Source: Vermamoeba vermiformis (lineage: Eukaryota). From it: DNA of 64,000 nt. This document shows, piece by piece, positions 38,827 through 52,140 of this stretch. Made by a program: the position numbers and the translations under genes. Location of the stretch: positions 248,001-312,000 of the forward strand of contig JBEWZL010000266.1 of NCBI GenBank assembly GCA_045837725.1, read 5' to 3'. How positions within the stretch are numbered: position 1 is the first letter of the stretch; the number at the start of each line of letters is the position of its first letter. A model generated the notes under the pieces. The model had not been told where the DNA came from. It did no database searches and was given only the letters and a program-made list of their open reading frames with translations.

Positions 38827-41800
38827 ATGAGTAATCAAAAATGGGTTGGCTACGACTATAAGTCGGTATGTATAGTTTGTAATTTTAGCGGCCATCTAAG
38901 CTGTTTCATATTTTAGTGCGCGCATCTAAAAATTTATTTATTTTTTTGTAATTATCTGATAATGCCATAAATTGTATTTTAGTATTATTTCCGTGCAGAG
39001 ATAATTTTGGCGTAATTGTACATATTTTTGGAACCACTCTGGTGGATTATGTAATCTGCGGTAAGCGGATGACCACGAGCAGTTCCATTATTTGTGGCCA
39101 AATTTATCTTAATCGCATAAACCAATTAAAAATACACGAATTTTTGCAACGCAAAGTATTTTCAGATGCGCTGCCAAAGCAATTACTTTTCAACTCTCGC
39201 AAAGTCACGTAGTAATAATATTTTCTTTTTGCAGAACTCCAACCTTGTGCTCAATCAAGACAGATCGCTGCGCAACACTGGTGGTGGTCCTACTGGCGAG
39301 CCTGAGAGTTTGGCAGGACGATTGACTGGCAAATTCGGAGATCGCACTCAAACCACCAGCGCTCCCAAAGAGCTGAAAGAAAAAGTCAAAAAGCGCAAGC
39401 AAGCCGATCGAGAAGACGACGATGACTTGCAACACGTTGTTAAAAAGAGCAAGAAAGAACACATTGATGTTTTGAACTCCGATCTTCTCGAAGGCATCAC
39501 TTACAGACCCAAGACTAAGGAAACAAAGGCCGCTTATGAAGTGTTGCTCAACTTCATCGTGCAATCGTTGAGCGATCAACCTGAGAACGTCATCATGAGC
39601 GCTGCTGATGAAGTTTTGGCCGTGTTGAAGGACGAGACTATCCCGCCCGCTGACAGACAAGGCCGTGTCGAAGAGATTCTCGGCTCTTTGTCCACTGAAC
39701 GTTACTCCGACTTGATCAAGCTGGGCAACGCCATCAAGGATTACAACGACGAAGACATGCTTACTGGTGCCGCTGGTGACGTTGGTATTTCAGTCGTGTT
39801 CGGTGAAGGTGAAGACGACCAAGACTACGTTGAAGAGGTCCCTGAAGCAGACGAGGACGAGGAAGACGAACCAGAGAACCGTGACGTCGAAATGAAGGAA
39901 GACGAAGAAGAGAGCGACAATGACAGACTCAAACAACGCTCCACTGGCGAGTCATCCGCTGAAAAGTTTGAACTCGACCCGAAACAAGTTGACGCGTACT
40001 GGTTGCAAAGAGAATTGAACAAGTTTTACACAGACTCCATGCAAACACAAAAGCTTGCCGTGGATGTTCTCAACGCCTTGCAGAAACAAGACGTGCGCGA
40101 GTGCGAAAACGAATTGGTTGATTTGCTCGAAGTTGAGCGCTTCGACTTCATTCGCTTGTTGGTGCGCAACAGATGGGTCGTTGTGTACTGCACACGCTTA
40201 GGTCAAGCTCAGAACCCTGAAGAACGTCGCAAGATTGAAGACGAAATGTCTCAAGACCCCAAGTTGGCTGCTATTTTGGACGCTTTGCAAATCAAGAAGG
40301 GCGACAAGAGCACCAGCTTCCAACGCTCAGTTCAGAAAGACACTGCAGAATACTCGAAACAAACAGACAACAACCGCAAGGCTGCAGGCTCAACTTCAGC
40401 AGAGCTCTTCTCTCCCGAACACAGACCTCCTAAGATGCTCGATTTGGACTCTCTTGCATTCCAACAAGGCAGCCACGTCATGAGCAACAAGAAGGTCAAA
40501 TTGCCCCCCAACTCTTTCCGTACGGCTAAGAAGGGGTACGAAGAAGTTCACATTCCCGCAATGAAGGCCCCTGCTTTCGCCGAGGACGAACAGTTGGTCA
40601 AGATCTCTTCCATGCCCGAATGGAGTCACGCTGCCTTCGAAGGCATGACTTCACTGAACCGTATTCAAAGTCGCGTGTACAAAGGCGTTTTTGAAGGTCA
40701 CGACAACGTCTTACTTTGCGCTCCTACTGGTGCTGGTAAGACTAACGTGGCTATGTTAGCCATGATGCACGAGATCGGCATGAATATGGACAAGAAGACT
40801 CATCAAGTGGATTTGGACGCGTTCAAGATTGTTTACATTGCTCCCATGAAGTCTCTCGTACAAGAAATGGTTCACAACTTTGGCTCTCGATTGAAGCCCT
40901 ACGGCATCACTGTCCGCGAGTTGACTGGAGATCAAAACTTGACCAAGCAACAAATCAGCGAGACTCAAGTCATCGTGACCACACCCGAGAAGTGGGATAT
41001 CATCACCCGTAAATCTGGCGACAGAACCTACACTCAACTCGTCCGTTTGGTCATTATCGACGAAATTCACTTGCTTCACGACGACAGAGGCCCAGTGCTC
41101 GAAGCTATTGTTGCCAGAACTATCAGACAAATCGAATCCACTCAAGAAATGGTTCGTATTGTCGGTTTGAGCGCTACTTTGCCGAACTATCAAGACGTTG
41201 CTGCATTCTTGCGTGTCAAGCCAGAGCACTTGTACGCCTTCAACAACAGCTACAGACCCATTCCTTTGCAACAAGCTTTCATCGGTATTACCGTCAAGGC
41301 TCCCTTGAAGCGATACCAATTGATGAACGAAATCACCTACGAAAAGGTACTAGAACACAGGTTTATTAAGGTCCGCGAAACATTTTCTAACGGCTCTACA
41401 AAGGTTGTTGAACAAGCAGGTGTTAGTCAGATTCTCGTGTTCGTGCACTCGCGAAAAGAGACTGCTAAGACCGCTAGAGCCCTCCGTGATATGGCCATGG
41501 CCAATGATCAACTCAGCAAGTTCTTGCCTGAAGACATTGGTTTCCGTGAAATCTTGCTCTCCGAATCAAAGGAAGCAAAGGATCCTGATTTGCAAGACCT
41601 CTTGCCTCACGGATTTGCCATCCATCACGCCGGTATGAAGCGCGAAGACAGAACACTCGTCGAAGATTTGTTCCGAGACAGATGTATTCAAGTCCTCGTG
41701 TCTACCGCCACACTCGCTTGGGGTGTCAACTTGCCTGCACGTACTGTCATCATCAAAGGCACTCAAATCTACAACGCCGAGAAAGGTCGTTGGACCGAGC

Positions 41801-44800
41801 TCAGTCCTATGGATATTCTTCAAATGCTTGGTCGTGCCGGTCGTCCTCAATACGACAAACAAGGTGAAGGTCTTGTCATTACAACGCAAGTTGAATTGCA
41901 GTACTACCTGTCTCTGCTCAATCAACAGTTGCCCATTGAAAGTCAGTTCATCTCTCGTCTCACCGACATGTTGAACGCAGAAATTGTGCTCGGTACTGTT
42001 CAGAATGTGCAAGACGCCGTCAACTGGCTTGGCTACACTTATCTTTACGTGTGCATGTTGCGAAACCCTGGCTTCTACGGTGTCACGCAAGAGCAGTTTG
42101 AAGCTGATCGTTTGCTCGAACAACGACGCTACGATTTGATTCACACTGCTGCCACTTTCTTGGCTAAGAACAACTTGATCAAGTATGACCGCAAGTCTGG
42201 TGCCTTCCAAACCACTGATTTGGGTCGTGTCGCCAGTCACTACTACATCACCTACAAGTCGATGAATACTTACAACGAGTACTTGCGACCCACTACTAGC
42301 GACATTGAATTGTTGAAGATCTTCTCTTTGTCTGGCGAATTCCAGTTTGTTGCCGTTAGACCCGCCGAACGATTGGAACTCGAAAAGTTGCTCGAGCGTG
42401 TTCCCATCCCCGTGAAGGAGAACATTGAAGAGCCTACTGCCAAGATCAACGTGCTTCTTCAAGCGTACATCTCCAACTTGAAGTTGGAAGGCTTTTCCTT
42501 GGCCTCTGACATGGTTTACGTCACTCAAAGTGCTGCACGTATTATGCGTTGCATGTTCGAGATTGCTCTGAAGAGAGGCTGGGCTCAAGTTGCCGAGCGC
42601 TGCTTGAGCTTCTGCAAGATGATTGACCGCAGAATGTGGAGCACTCAATCTCCTCTCAGACAGTTCTTGAAATTCAAGAAGATCCCCGAGGAAGTTGTCA
42701 AGAAATTGGAGAAGAAGGACTTCAACTTGGACAGACTCTACGAATTGAACTCGCAACAGATCGGAGAACTGATCCGCTACCCTGCTCTCGGCAAGACAAT
42801 CTACGCTCACGTGCATCAATTCCCGCGCTTGCAATTGGAAGCTCAAGTCCAACCTATCACAAGAACTCTCCTGCGCGTTGAGTTGGAGATCACTCCTGAC
42901 TTCGAGTACGTCGAGGATTATCACCAAAACAACCTCCCGTTCTGGATCATCGTTGAAGATATTGACGGCGAGAACATCTTGCACCACGAAATGTTCGTCT
43001 TGAAGCAACAGTACGCTGATCAACAACACTACGTGTCCTTCACTGTTCCCATCAGCGACAGCCCTCTGCCTCCTCAATACTTCATCAAGGCCATTTCTGA
43101 CCGTTGGATTGGCGCTGAGACTGTGCTCCCCATCTCTTTCAGAAAGTTGATCTTGCCCGAGAAGTATCCTCCTCACACCGAACTTCTCGATTTGCAACCC
43201 TTGCCCGTTGCAGCTCTCAAGGAACCTTCATTCGAAGCTTTGTACAACGACAAGTTCAAGTTCTTCAACCCGATCCAGACTCAAGTCTTCTCAGCCCTCT
43301 ACAACGGTGACTTGAACACTTTGGTCTGCGCACCTACTAGCAGCGGCAAGACTATCTGCGCTGAGTTCGCCATTCTTCGTGAGCTTAGCAAGCCCGAGCC
43401 TGGCAAGATTGTCTATGTGGCACCTTCTAAGGAACTTGTCCAAGACATCTACGGCGAGTGGAGCAGCAAGTTCGCCAAGCTTGAGAAGGCTGTAACAGTC
43501 TTAACCGGCGATAGCGTTGTTGATCTTAAGCTGTTGGATCGTGGTGACATCATTCTCAGCACACCAGAGAACTGGGATCAAATGTCCCGCAGATGGAAGC
43601 AACGCAAGCAAGTGCAAAACGTTAAACTCTTCATTATTGATGAGTTGCACTTGATTGGCTCCGTTCAATCCGGTCCCACCATGGAAGTCATTGTCTCTCG
43701 TATGCGCTACATTTCACAACAGTTGAAGATGAACGCTCAAGGACAACAACCCGAGAAGGGCAAGAAGAACGAGCACCCCATCAGAGTCGTTGGTTTAGCC
43801 TCATCTTTGGCTAACGCCACTGATTTGGGCGAGTGGATTGGTGCTACTCCTCAAAGCTTGTTCAACTTCCACCCGAACGTCAGACCCATTCCTTTGGAGA
43901 TCCACATCCAAGGCTTCGACAACCCGAACTACACTGCTCGCATGTTGTCGATGACCAGACCTGTGTTGTACTCAGTTTCAACTCACGCCGCTGACAAACC
44001 CACGATCATCTTCGTGCCCACGCGCAAGCTCAGCAGAGATGTCACTTTCGACTTGGTTAATCACTGCAACTCTGAGGATAACCCCAAGAAGTACCTCCAC
44101 TGCAGCGAAGAAGACTTGAAACCTTTCTTGAAGGTCATCAACAGCCGCGCCTTGCGTGAGGCTTTGAGCTTTGGTATTGCTTTCTTGAACGAGTCCTTAA
44201 CCGCTCAAGAACGTGATGTCATCGCTAAGCTCTTTAAATCCGGTGCTATTCAAGTCGTCGTTGTTACTCACAGCATGACTTGGCACATCAACACTTGGAG
44301 CGCCTACTTGGTCATCATTATGGGCACCCAGTTCTACGAAGGCAAAGAACATCGTTACGCTGACTACCCGATCTCGGATGTCTTGCAAATGATTGGTCGT
44401 ACCGGCCGTGCTAACGTCGATGAAGGAGGCAAGTGCATGTTGTTCTGCCACACTCCCAAGAAGGAGTTCTACAAGAAGTTCATCTACGAGCCTTTGCCCA
44501 TCGAGTCTCAACTCCACTTGTTCTTGCACGATCACTTCAACGCTGAAATCGTCACCAAGACCATTGAGAACAAGCAAGACGCAGTTGACTACATCACTTG
44601 GACGTTCTTCTACAGACGACTTACTCAGAACCCGAACTACTACAAGTTGACCGGTATCACTCGTCGTCACTTGTCTGACTACTTGTCCGAGCTCGTCGAA
44701 GATACTTTGAAGGATCTCGAACAATCCAAGTGCATTGCCGTTGAAGAGAACGACGTTGTTGCCCCGCTGAACCTTGGCATGATTGCCGCGTACTACTACG

Positions 44801-45759
44801 TGCAATACACCTCCATCGAGCTGTTCAACTTCAGTATCACTGCCAAGACCAAGATGAAGGGTTTGATCGAAATTTTGGCCAACGCCACCGAGTTCGAGCG
44901 CTTGCCCATCCGACACAAGGAGCCTAAAGAGCTTCAGAAGATGGCCAACCACTTGCCCGTCAAGATCAACAAGCCTGACTATCACACTGCGGCTACCAAG
45001 GCCAACGTCTTGTTGCAGTCCTACTTCTCACGCAAGCAGCTTTCCACGGATCTCGAGCAAGACGAGCACACCGTTGTCATCGAGGCCCCGCGCTTGTTGC
45101 AAGCCATGGTCGATGTCATCTCTTCTAACGGCTCGCTGACCCCTGCTTTGGCCGCTATGGAGTTGTCTCAAATGATCACTCAAGCTGTTTGGGACAGCGA
45201 TTCAGTCTTCAAACAACTGCCGCACTTCAACGACGAGATGATTGACCGATTGAAGAAGGAGGCTCCCGAAGTGGAGACAATCTTCGACTTTGTTGATATG
45301 GACGATGCTATGCGCAAGAAGGTCTTGTCCTCGCTTAGCACCAAGCAGACTCAAGATGTGGCTCGTGTTTGCAACCGTTACCCGAACATCGACATGGCTC
45401 ATCAACTCATGGACGAAGATAACATCCAATCGGGTGCTAGCGTCGCTGTTGCCATTCAACTCGAGCGTGACATCGAAGAAGGCAAGGAAGTGTCGCCAGT
45501 ACCTTCTCTGTACTATCCCAAAGAGAAGCAAGAAGGCTGGTGGGTACTCATCGGAGATCCCAAGAGCAACCAACTCTTGGCTATCAAGAAAGTCACTTTG
45601 CAGCGCGTAAGCAAGGTCAAGCTCGAATTCACTGCTCCTGAGCCTGGCGACTACAACTACACCGTGTACTTGATGTCCGACTCGTGGATCGGCTGCGATC
45701 AAGAGTACGAATTGAAGGTTAACGTCAAGCCTGCCGACGAAGACTCAATGCGAGATTAA
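38827..45759 (+). CDS. SNRNP200: U5 snRNP 200 kDa helicase Brr2; exon 1 38827-38865, intron to 39234, 57-nt intron 41347-41403
   Basis: YDYKS|NSNLVL N-terminus, two helicase cassettes (APTGAGKT/DEIH; APTSSGKT/DELH), two Sec63 domains, MSDSWIGCDQE end. Confidence 0.98.
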
Positions 45760-46357
45760 GCAATTTGACAGAACCGTGAGAGACTCAATGGCATGTTACT
45801 TTTGTAATTTAAAATTGGACACGCGACATCCGTTGAGATCTTGACACTGTAATTACCAATCGTTTTGAAAGAACAAATATTATTTTAATAAAGCGAACTA
45901 CTCACACAACTCCGCTCGTGGCTTGGCGCGTGCAAAATGAGTTCACTTCATGAACACGGATCGATTTAATGAAATTCTCCGATCCACGTCCTAACGAGGA
46001 CATTAAGGTAAAGACACTCATGGGAATTTTTGTTGTATTTTTCTCGAATTTAAGGAAGTGGATCCACATCCTCCAGCGCTTGAGAAGTTGCTAGTACGTC
46101 ATCTCTGACGTGGCGTCGGAAGGTGTGGTATAACTTAGCCAGCTCCTGTGTTCGTGAATAGCGTTAACTCCGAGCACGATCCAGCCCCACTTGCCACGTA
46201 ATCGAACGAGAGCAGTCACGTGCCCAGCCCCGCATTAAATGTTAGGCCGCTGAAAAAATGTCCGTTGCTTCGGTGAGTTCAGTCAAGAACAAAAAAAACC
46301 AAAAACTGACCCGAGCCATTGTTTTACTTATCCTCAACCAAGTTACACAGTTCAAAG

Positions 46358-48939
46358 ATGATGCAAGCTTTGTCTCGTTCTCGTGGTGTTTTGGTAAGTG
46401 GACGGGCACGAGGATCCGTGCGATCTGAAAGCTTTTCATTTCATGAATTTATAATATTAGCAAATACCATTGGCAGTCTCTTGAACTGTTATTATATTCG
46501 TTAATAACTTTAGAAATTATTATTTGCATTTTTGCTTCGGCTTAGTTATGTCGCGAAGGGATGCGAATCTAATTTTTTAATTCAGCTCAAAACCCTCAAA
46601 AAGAAGAAGGTTGTTAGCCAACAATCCCTCTTTGCTTTGGGCACTCGCCAATATGCGTAAGTAATTCCCAGCTAATTATTTGTGTTCACGATCCCAATCG
46701 CGACTCGTCGATCTTCAGTGACTTCATGCTAACTCAACTTGGTTTTTTTAGTACTGACCGAAGCCCTACTATTGGTATTGACTTGGGTACCACAAACTCT
46801 TGCGTTGCTGTTATGGAAGGTTCGCAGCCCAGAGTCATCGAAAACGCCGAAGGTCAAAGAACCACCCCTTCAGTTGTTGCTATTACAGAAGACGGCCAAA
46901 GACTCGTCGGTACTCCTGCCAAGCGTCAAGTAAGTTCTATTCCGCGTTTTATTGAACATTTGCTCCGGTGACGCAGATGTTTCGTCATCCGCACGTGGCG
47001 TGCTCACCGAAGCGTTTCAATAATTTAATTGTGCTCGGAGAATATTTGTGTAATTGGCTTTTTACTGCAAGGCTTAGTTTTATTTTCGTAATTCATCTTC
47101 TTCATTTTTAATGAATTTTGATCTGATCGGATTTGTTTGCAGGCCGTCACTAACCCCAGAAACACATTCTACGCCACTAAGCGTCTTATTGGTCGTCGCT
47201 TCGATGACCCTCACACCAAGAAGGATATGGAGTTGTCTTCATTCAAGATTGTCAGAGGCAAGAACGGAGATGCTTGGGTCGAAGATACTACTGGCAAACA
47301 ATACTCTCCCTCAGAAGTCGGTGCTATGGTTCTCACCAAGATGAAGGAAACTGCTGGTAAGTAACTGCTCTAGAAATAATGCGGCTTCGTTTTTTCTACC
47401 GCATCTCGCTTCGGATCGTAAACTTACATTTTATTCTCAGAGGCTCACTTGGGTCAAAAGGTCAAGAAGGCCGTCATTACAGTCCCTGCTTACTTCGACG
47501 ACGCTCAACGTCAAGCTACTAAGGACGCTGGTGTTATTGCTGGTTTGGAAGTCAAGCGTATTATCAACGAACCCACTGCTGCCGCTTTGGCCTATGGTGT
47601 CGGCAAGGACGCCGGTAAAACAGTTGCCGTCTACGATCTTGGTGGCGGTACCTTCGATATCTCAATTTTGGAAATCTCCAACGGTGTGTTCGAAGTCAAG
47701 GCCACTAACGGAGACACTTTCCTCGGTGGTGAAGATTTTGATAACCGCATCGTGTCCTTCATCTGCGACGAGTTCAAGAAGGAGACCAACATTGATTTGA
47801 AGAAAGACAGATTGGCCCTCCAACGTATTAAGGAAGCTGCCGAAAAGGCCAAGTGCGAGTTGTCCTCGACCATCAACACTGAAATCAACTTGCCTTTCAT
47901 CACTGCCGATGCTAGCGGTCCCAAGCACTTGAACTTGAAGGTCACTCGTGCCAAGTTCGAGACTTTGGTTGCCGATTTGATCGAACGCACTGTCGACCCT
48001 TGCGTCAGATGTATGAAGGACGCTGGTGTCAAGGCCGAAGAGCTCGGTGAAGTCATCCTCGTCGGTGGTATGACTCGTATGCCCAAGGTCGTCGAAACTG
48101 CCCGCAAGATCTTCAAGCGTGAACCTTACAAGGGTGTCAACCCTGACGAAGCCGTCGCCATCGGTGCTGCCATTCAAGGTGGTGTCTTGGAAGGTGAAGT
48201 CAAGGACGTGCTCTTGTTGGACGTCACTCCTCTGTCCCTCGGTATTGAAACCCTCGGTGGTGTCTTCACTAAGTTGATCATGGCCAACACTACCATCCCC
48301 ACCAAGAAGTCTCAAGTCTTCTCCACTGCTGTCGACAACCAGCCCTCCGTCGAGCTCAAGGTCTTGCAAGGTGAGCGTCCTATGGCCGCTGACAACAAGT
48401 TGTTGGGCCGATTCGAGTTGACTGGTCTCCCTCTTGCCCCCAAGGGTGTTCCTCAAATCGAAGTCACTTTCGACATTGATGCCAACGGTATCGTCAACGT
48501 CTCTGCCAAGGACAAGGCTACCGGCAAATCTCAACAGATCCGCATTCAATCCTCTGGTGGTTTGACTCCTGATGAAATCGAGCGTATGCGACAAGACGCT
48601 GAGCGCAATCGTGAGTCCGACGAGGCCAAGCGTGCTTCTTCTGAGGCCCGCAATGAAGGAGAGGGCTTGATCTACAACGTCGAGAAGAGCATCTCTACTT
48701 ACGACAAGGTCTTGAGTGCTGAAGACAAGAAGTCTTTGCAAGACAAGATTGCCGAAATCAGATCCGCCATCGACGCTTCTGACGCCGAAAGAATCAAGGC
48801 CGGAAATGCTGCCTTGCAAGCCGAGTCTAACCGCGTGTTCGAACAAGCTTACAAACGACAAGCCGAACAGGGTGGTAACCAAGGTGGTGCTCAACAAGGC
48901 GAGACTGTTGACGCTGACTTCAACGACGTCAAGAAATAA
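46358..48939 (+). CDS. HSPA9: Mitochondrial Hsp70 (mortalin/Ssc1)
   Basis: Presequence exons, [47 protein letters not shown]. Confidence 0.95.
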
Positions 48940-49055
48940 GCGGATTTAGATCGAAACAGAAATTTTGTTAAAATAGTTTAATACCTCTGCGACGATAAAG
49001 CGAAAAACCAATAAAAATCGAAATTGATATAGCTTGAGTAATAGTAGCTCTTTAT

Positions 49056-50240
49056 TTACCAGCAAATAGCAGCTAACAGCAAGGCCAGCAATCCAACAGT
49101 TGGCTTCAACATGAAAGCAGGAGAAACTCCATGCGCGACCACATCCAAGATTTGTTCATTGAAAGTGTTGCAAGAATATGTACCAGTATAGCCATTCAGC
49201 TCGTAACATCCTGCTGTTCTCGTAGTTCTGCTCTGGCAAGTGCCGCCACAGGTGTTGCTGCATTGACGTTGAGAGCTCATGCTGTTAGCGTCGCAAGTAT
49301 CGTAGTAGCGCCAGCTATCAGTTTGACCGTTTGGAGTTGGAATGCACTTGTTCATATTGTCTAAAAAAACGTTCGTTAACTGGATGCGTAAATGAAAAAA
49401 TACAAGCAACTTACAAACGTAAAAATACGAAGCGCCTTGAATGTTAGTGCAGTTGTTGCTTTCAGGACCGCGGTAGATAATCTCGGCAGTGTAGTTCGCA
49501 GGAAAAGTTTTAATGTAGTCGCGCAGGCTCGTAACGCAGACCAAGGTGTACGATGTCCCAAGCAGATTTCCAGAATCAATAATGCACGTGGGTGTCGTGG
49601 AAACAGCACAAGAACTACTGAGCTGCAATTGTAAAGTAATTACTAAATTTTCTTTATTCTCGATTTCAGTTATAGCGCACAGCCTAAATTAATTTTACTA
49701 AAATTTGTTAATTTTACTAATTTTAGCTAAATTAACTATTCAACTAATATCTCTGATTTCGTGCGATACGCCACTTGCAGCCTGTCCTTGTTAATGAAAG
49801 CAGAACACAAAGACCCTAAGTACATTCGAACCAGAGCCTTTAACAGGCGGTGTTGCTCGAAGTACGCGGGGTCAGCACGGGGCAGGAAATTAGAATTTTT
49901 ATTAAATTAGTAAATGTGTATTTTTGTATTTAACTGTCCTAACATTACAATGCGTAATGTTAAGTTAACAAAAATTCATAAAAAAAATTTGGGTTGAGCA
50001 CTATAACTGAAATCGAGAATAAAATATTTTATAAAAATGAAATTTTTTAAAGTTGTCGGAATAAACCTCCAAGCAAGCCTTTCAAGGTAAGATAAAACTA
50101 CTTACTAAAGCGCCGATAACAAGAGGCTCTCCTTGGCAAGAGTTGCCTGCGTATTGGATCATTAAGCTCCACCTGTTTCCACCAAGGTGCGAAGCTATCG
50201 CTGCACCAATAAGGGCGATAAAAAGAATCGACTTAATCAT
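49056..50240 (-). CDS. Cys-rich, probably GPI-anchored surface protein, copy 1
   Basis: Exon 1 MIKSILFIALIGAAIASHLGGNRW...CQGEP (50240-50106), Cys-rich body, hydrophobic C-terminal tail. Confidence 0.75.
49653..50023. mobile_element. MITE-like inverted-repeat element within intron 1 of the surface-protein gene
   Basis: Perfect 23-nt inverted repeat tttattctcgatttcagttatag / ctataactgaaatcgagaataaa, extending imperfectly inward; no ORF; no clear TSD. Confidence 0.6.
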
Positions 50241-50373
50241 TAGAAGCAGATTTGTGCTAGCTTGACGTAAAAGTTAGTACAAAAAAATACGTTTTGGCCA
50301 CGCGTAAATGTTGCTATTTTTGTTTATTACCATATAAGGAAATAACGCGCCAAAAAACGTGTTTATCAAGTTA

Positions 50374-51150
50374 TCAAATCACACTAAGCATAAATACTAC
50401 GAGAAGAATGACTAGGATTGCCGGTTTTAACGCAGATGCGGGAGCAACTACATCCAAGATGGATTCAGGGATGCTGTTGCAATAGTACGTTCCAGTGTTA
50501 ACAGTAGAGCTAGCTGACAGCTGGTAGCATGATCCTTGGGTCTCGCGAGAGAAAGGAAATGAGCAGGAGTTGCAGGAAGTGGTTGTGCAGTTTGTTGCCG
50601 CGTTCATTACAGTAGCGTTGCAAGAAGAATAGGTTCTCCAACTATTGCCATTTACACCATACGGAGTAGGAATGCAGGTATTCAAGCCATCTGCGAGTGA
50701 GAGGTTAGGCTAAATCGATTGATCCAGTTCGATCGTTGTACACATCCATACACCTATAACGCCCTGAGGATTGGTGCAATTATTACCCTCCGAACTACGG
50801 TAGACTACTTCCGTAGCGTAGTTCTTTGGCAGAGTTTTAACAAAGTTGCGAAGAGTGCTAACGCAAACTTGAGTGAACGATGTGCCTTCGTTGGGAGCGA
50901 CATCAGGCAAGCAAGTAAGAGTGGTACTAGGAACGCACGAATTGAGCTGCAATATTAATTAATTCCTTTTTTAAAATTGTAAGGCGGATTTTTACTCCGC
51001 ACCGATTTTCGGCTAAATACGAACTTAGTTCAATGTAAATGTACTTACCACGGCACTGACTAAGATAGGATCTCCTTGACAAGAATTGCCGCTGTAAGTG
51101 TAGAGAATATTCCAGCGGTTAGGTCCAAGATGGCTGGCCAGAGCAACGCT
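50374..51150 (-). CDS. Cys-rich, probably GPI-anchored surface protein, copy 2 (start exon not found)
   Basis: VALASHLGPNRW...SCQGDP, same Cys pattern and intron positions as copy 1, LKPAILVILLVV tail. Confidence 0.65.
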
Positions 51151-51374
51151 AACCGGTTAATATACAATTTAAATTTGTGGTTTTTGTGGCTTCGGAGACC
51201 TACCCTTAATTTGGTAATTTGGGTGTAAAAACTCCTAACGGATGTGACCGATGCAGTGATTGATAGTGATTTAAAGCAATAAAATGAACTACTAAAATGG
51301 TTATCAAAGGCTATGACAATTTGTTTTCGTAAGCGCGAAGTTCGAGTGGAACTTACAATTATTTTGTAGCTACC

Positions 51375-52008
51375 ATGGCAACACAACAGCTGCGACGAAA
51401 TGTATTGTCTCTGTATAAGAGCCTATTAAAAGAGACGAAAGGTTGGCCCTACTATGTTGAACGCTCTGAGCGAAGTATCAGAGGTCACATCACATCCACG
51501 ATCAGATCTGAGTTCAGCAAAAACAAAGGCCAGCAGAACCCTCAAGTCATTAAAGAACTGATTGAAAGTGGTGAAAAGGAGCTGAAGATGATCAAAGAGC
51601 TGAAGAATGACAAGTTTTACAGAAAGGTAAGTGACCTAACGCGACTAGATCTGACTTAAAATTTCTTTCAAATATTTTAATATGCAATCCATACTGTTTA
51701 TGAATTATGGGATATTTATTTATGAGCGTACTAATTTTGCTTAATATTTTTTTCGATTTTTTTCGAGTGAATTTCTAGATCTTCCCGCATCATTCAAATC
51801 GATCGCGCTAGCACCTTTTTAATTAGTATAAATATTAATTGACATATAGTACCCGTTGAAGCACAAAGAAGTTCCCTCGATGGCACGCAAATCCCGTCAA
51901 TTATTATCGACCCAGGCTCAGACTGAAAAGAAGAAAGGTCCTGGCTTATTTATGCGCTTTGCAACGTTATTATTCTCCAACAAAAGCGGTAATAAGCCCG
52001 CGAACTAA
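51375..52008 (+). CDS. LYR-motif (Complex1_LYR) protein
   Basis: VLSLYKSLLK ... IRSEFSKNK ... LIESGEKEL. Confidence 0.8.
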
Positions 52009-52140
52009 TCTTGTGCTGAGATCCAAATCCGATCTCACCAATTTTTCTTGTGAATACTCCTTGTTTTATATAAATTGTTATCTAATAATATAGGTGGTTT
52101 AATATCTACATTTAATAGTTTATTTTAGGCAGATCTAGCA

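Noticed and set aside
39166..39234. ORF-track N-terminus of Brr2 (MRCQSNY…)
   Set aside because: This is intron sequence; the conserved YDYKS|NSNLVL junction points to a start at 38827
41566..48897. Long antisense ORFs (543, 262 and 411 aa) opposite Brr2 and Hsp70
   Set aside because: Expected shadows of strong codon bias; antisense ORFs opposite Hsp70 are a known artefact
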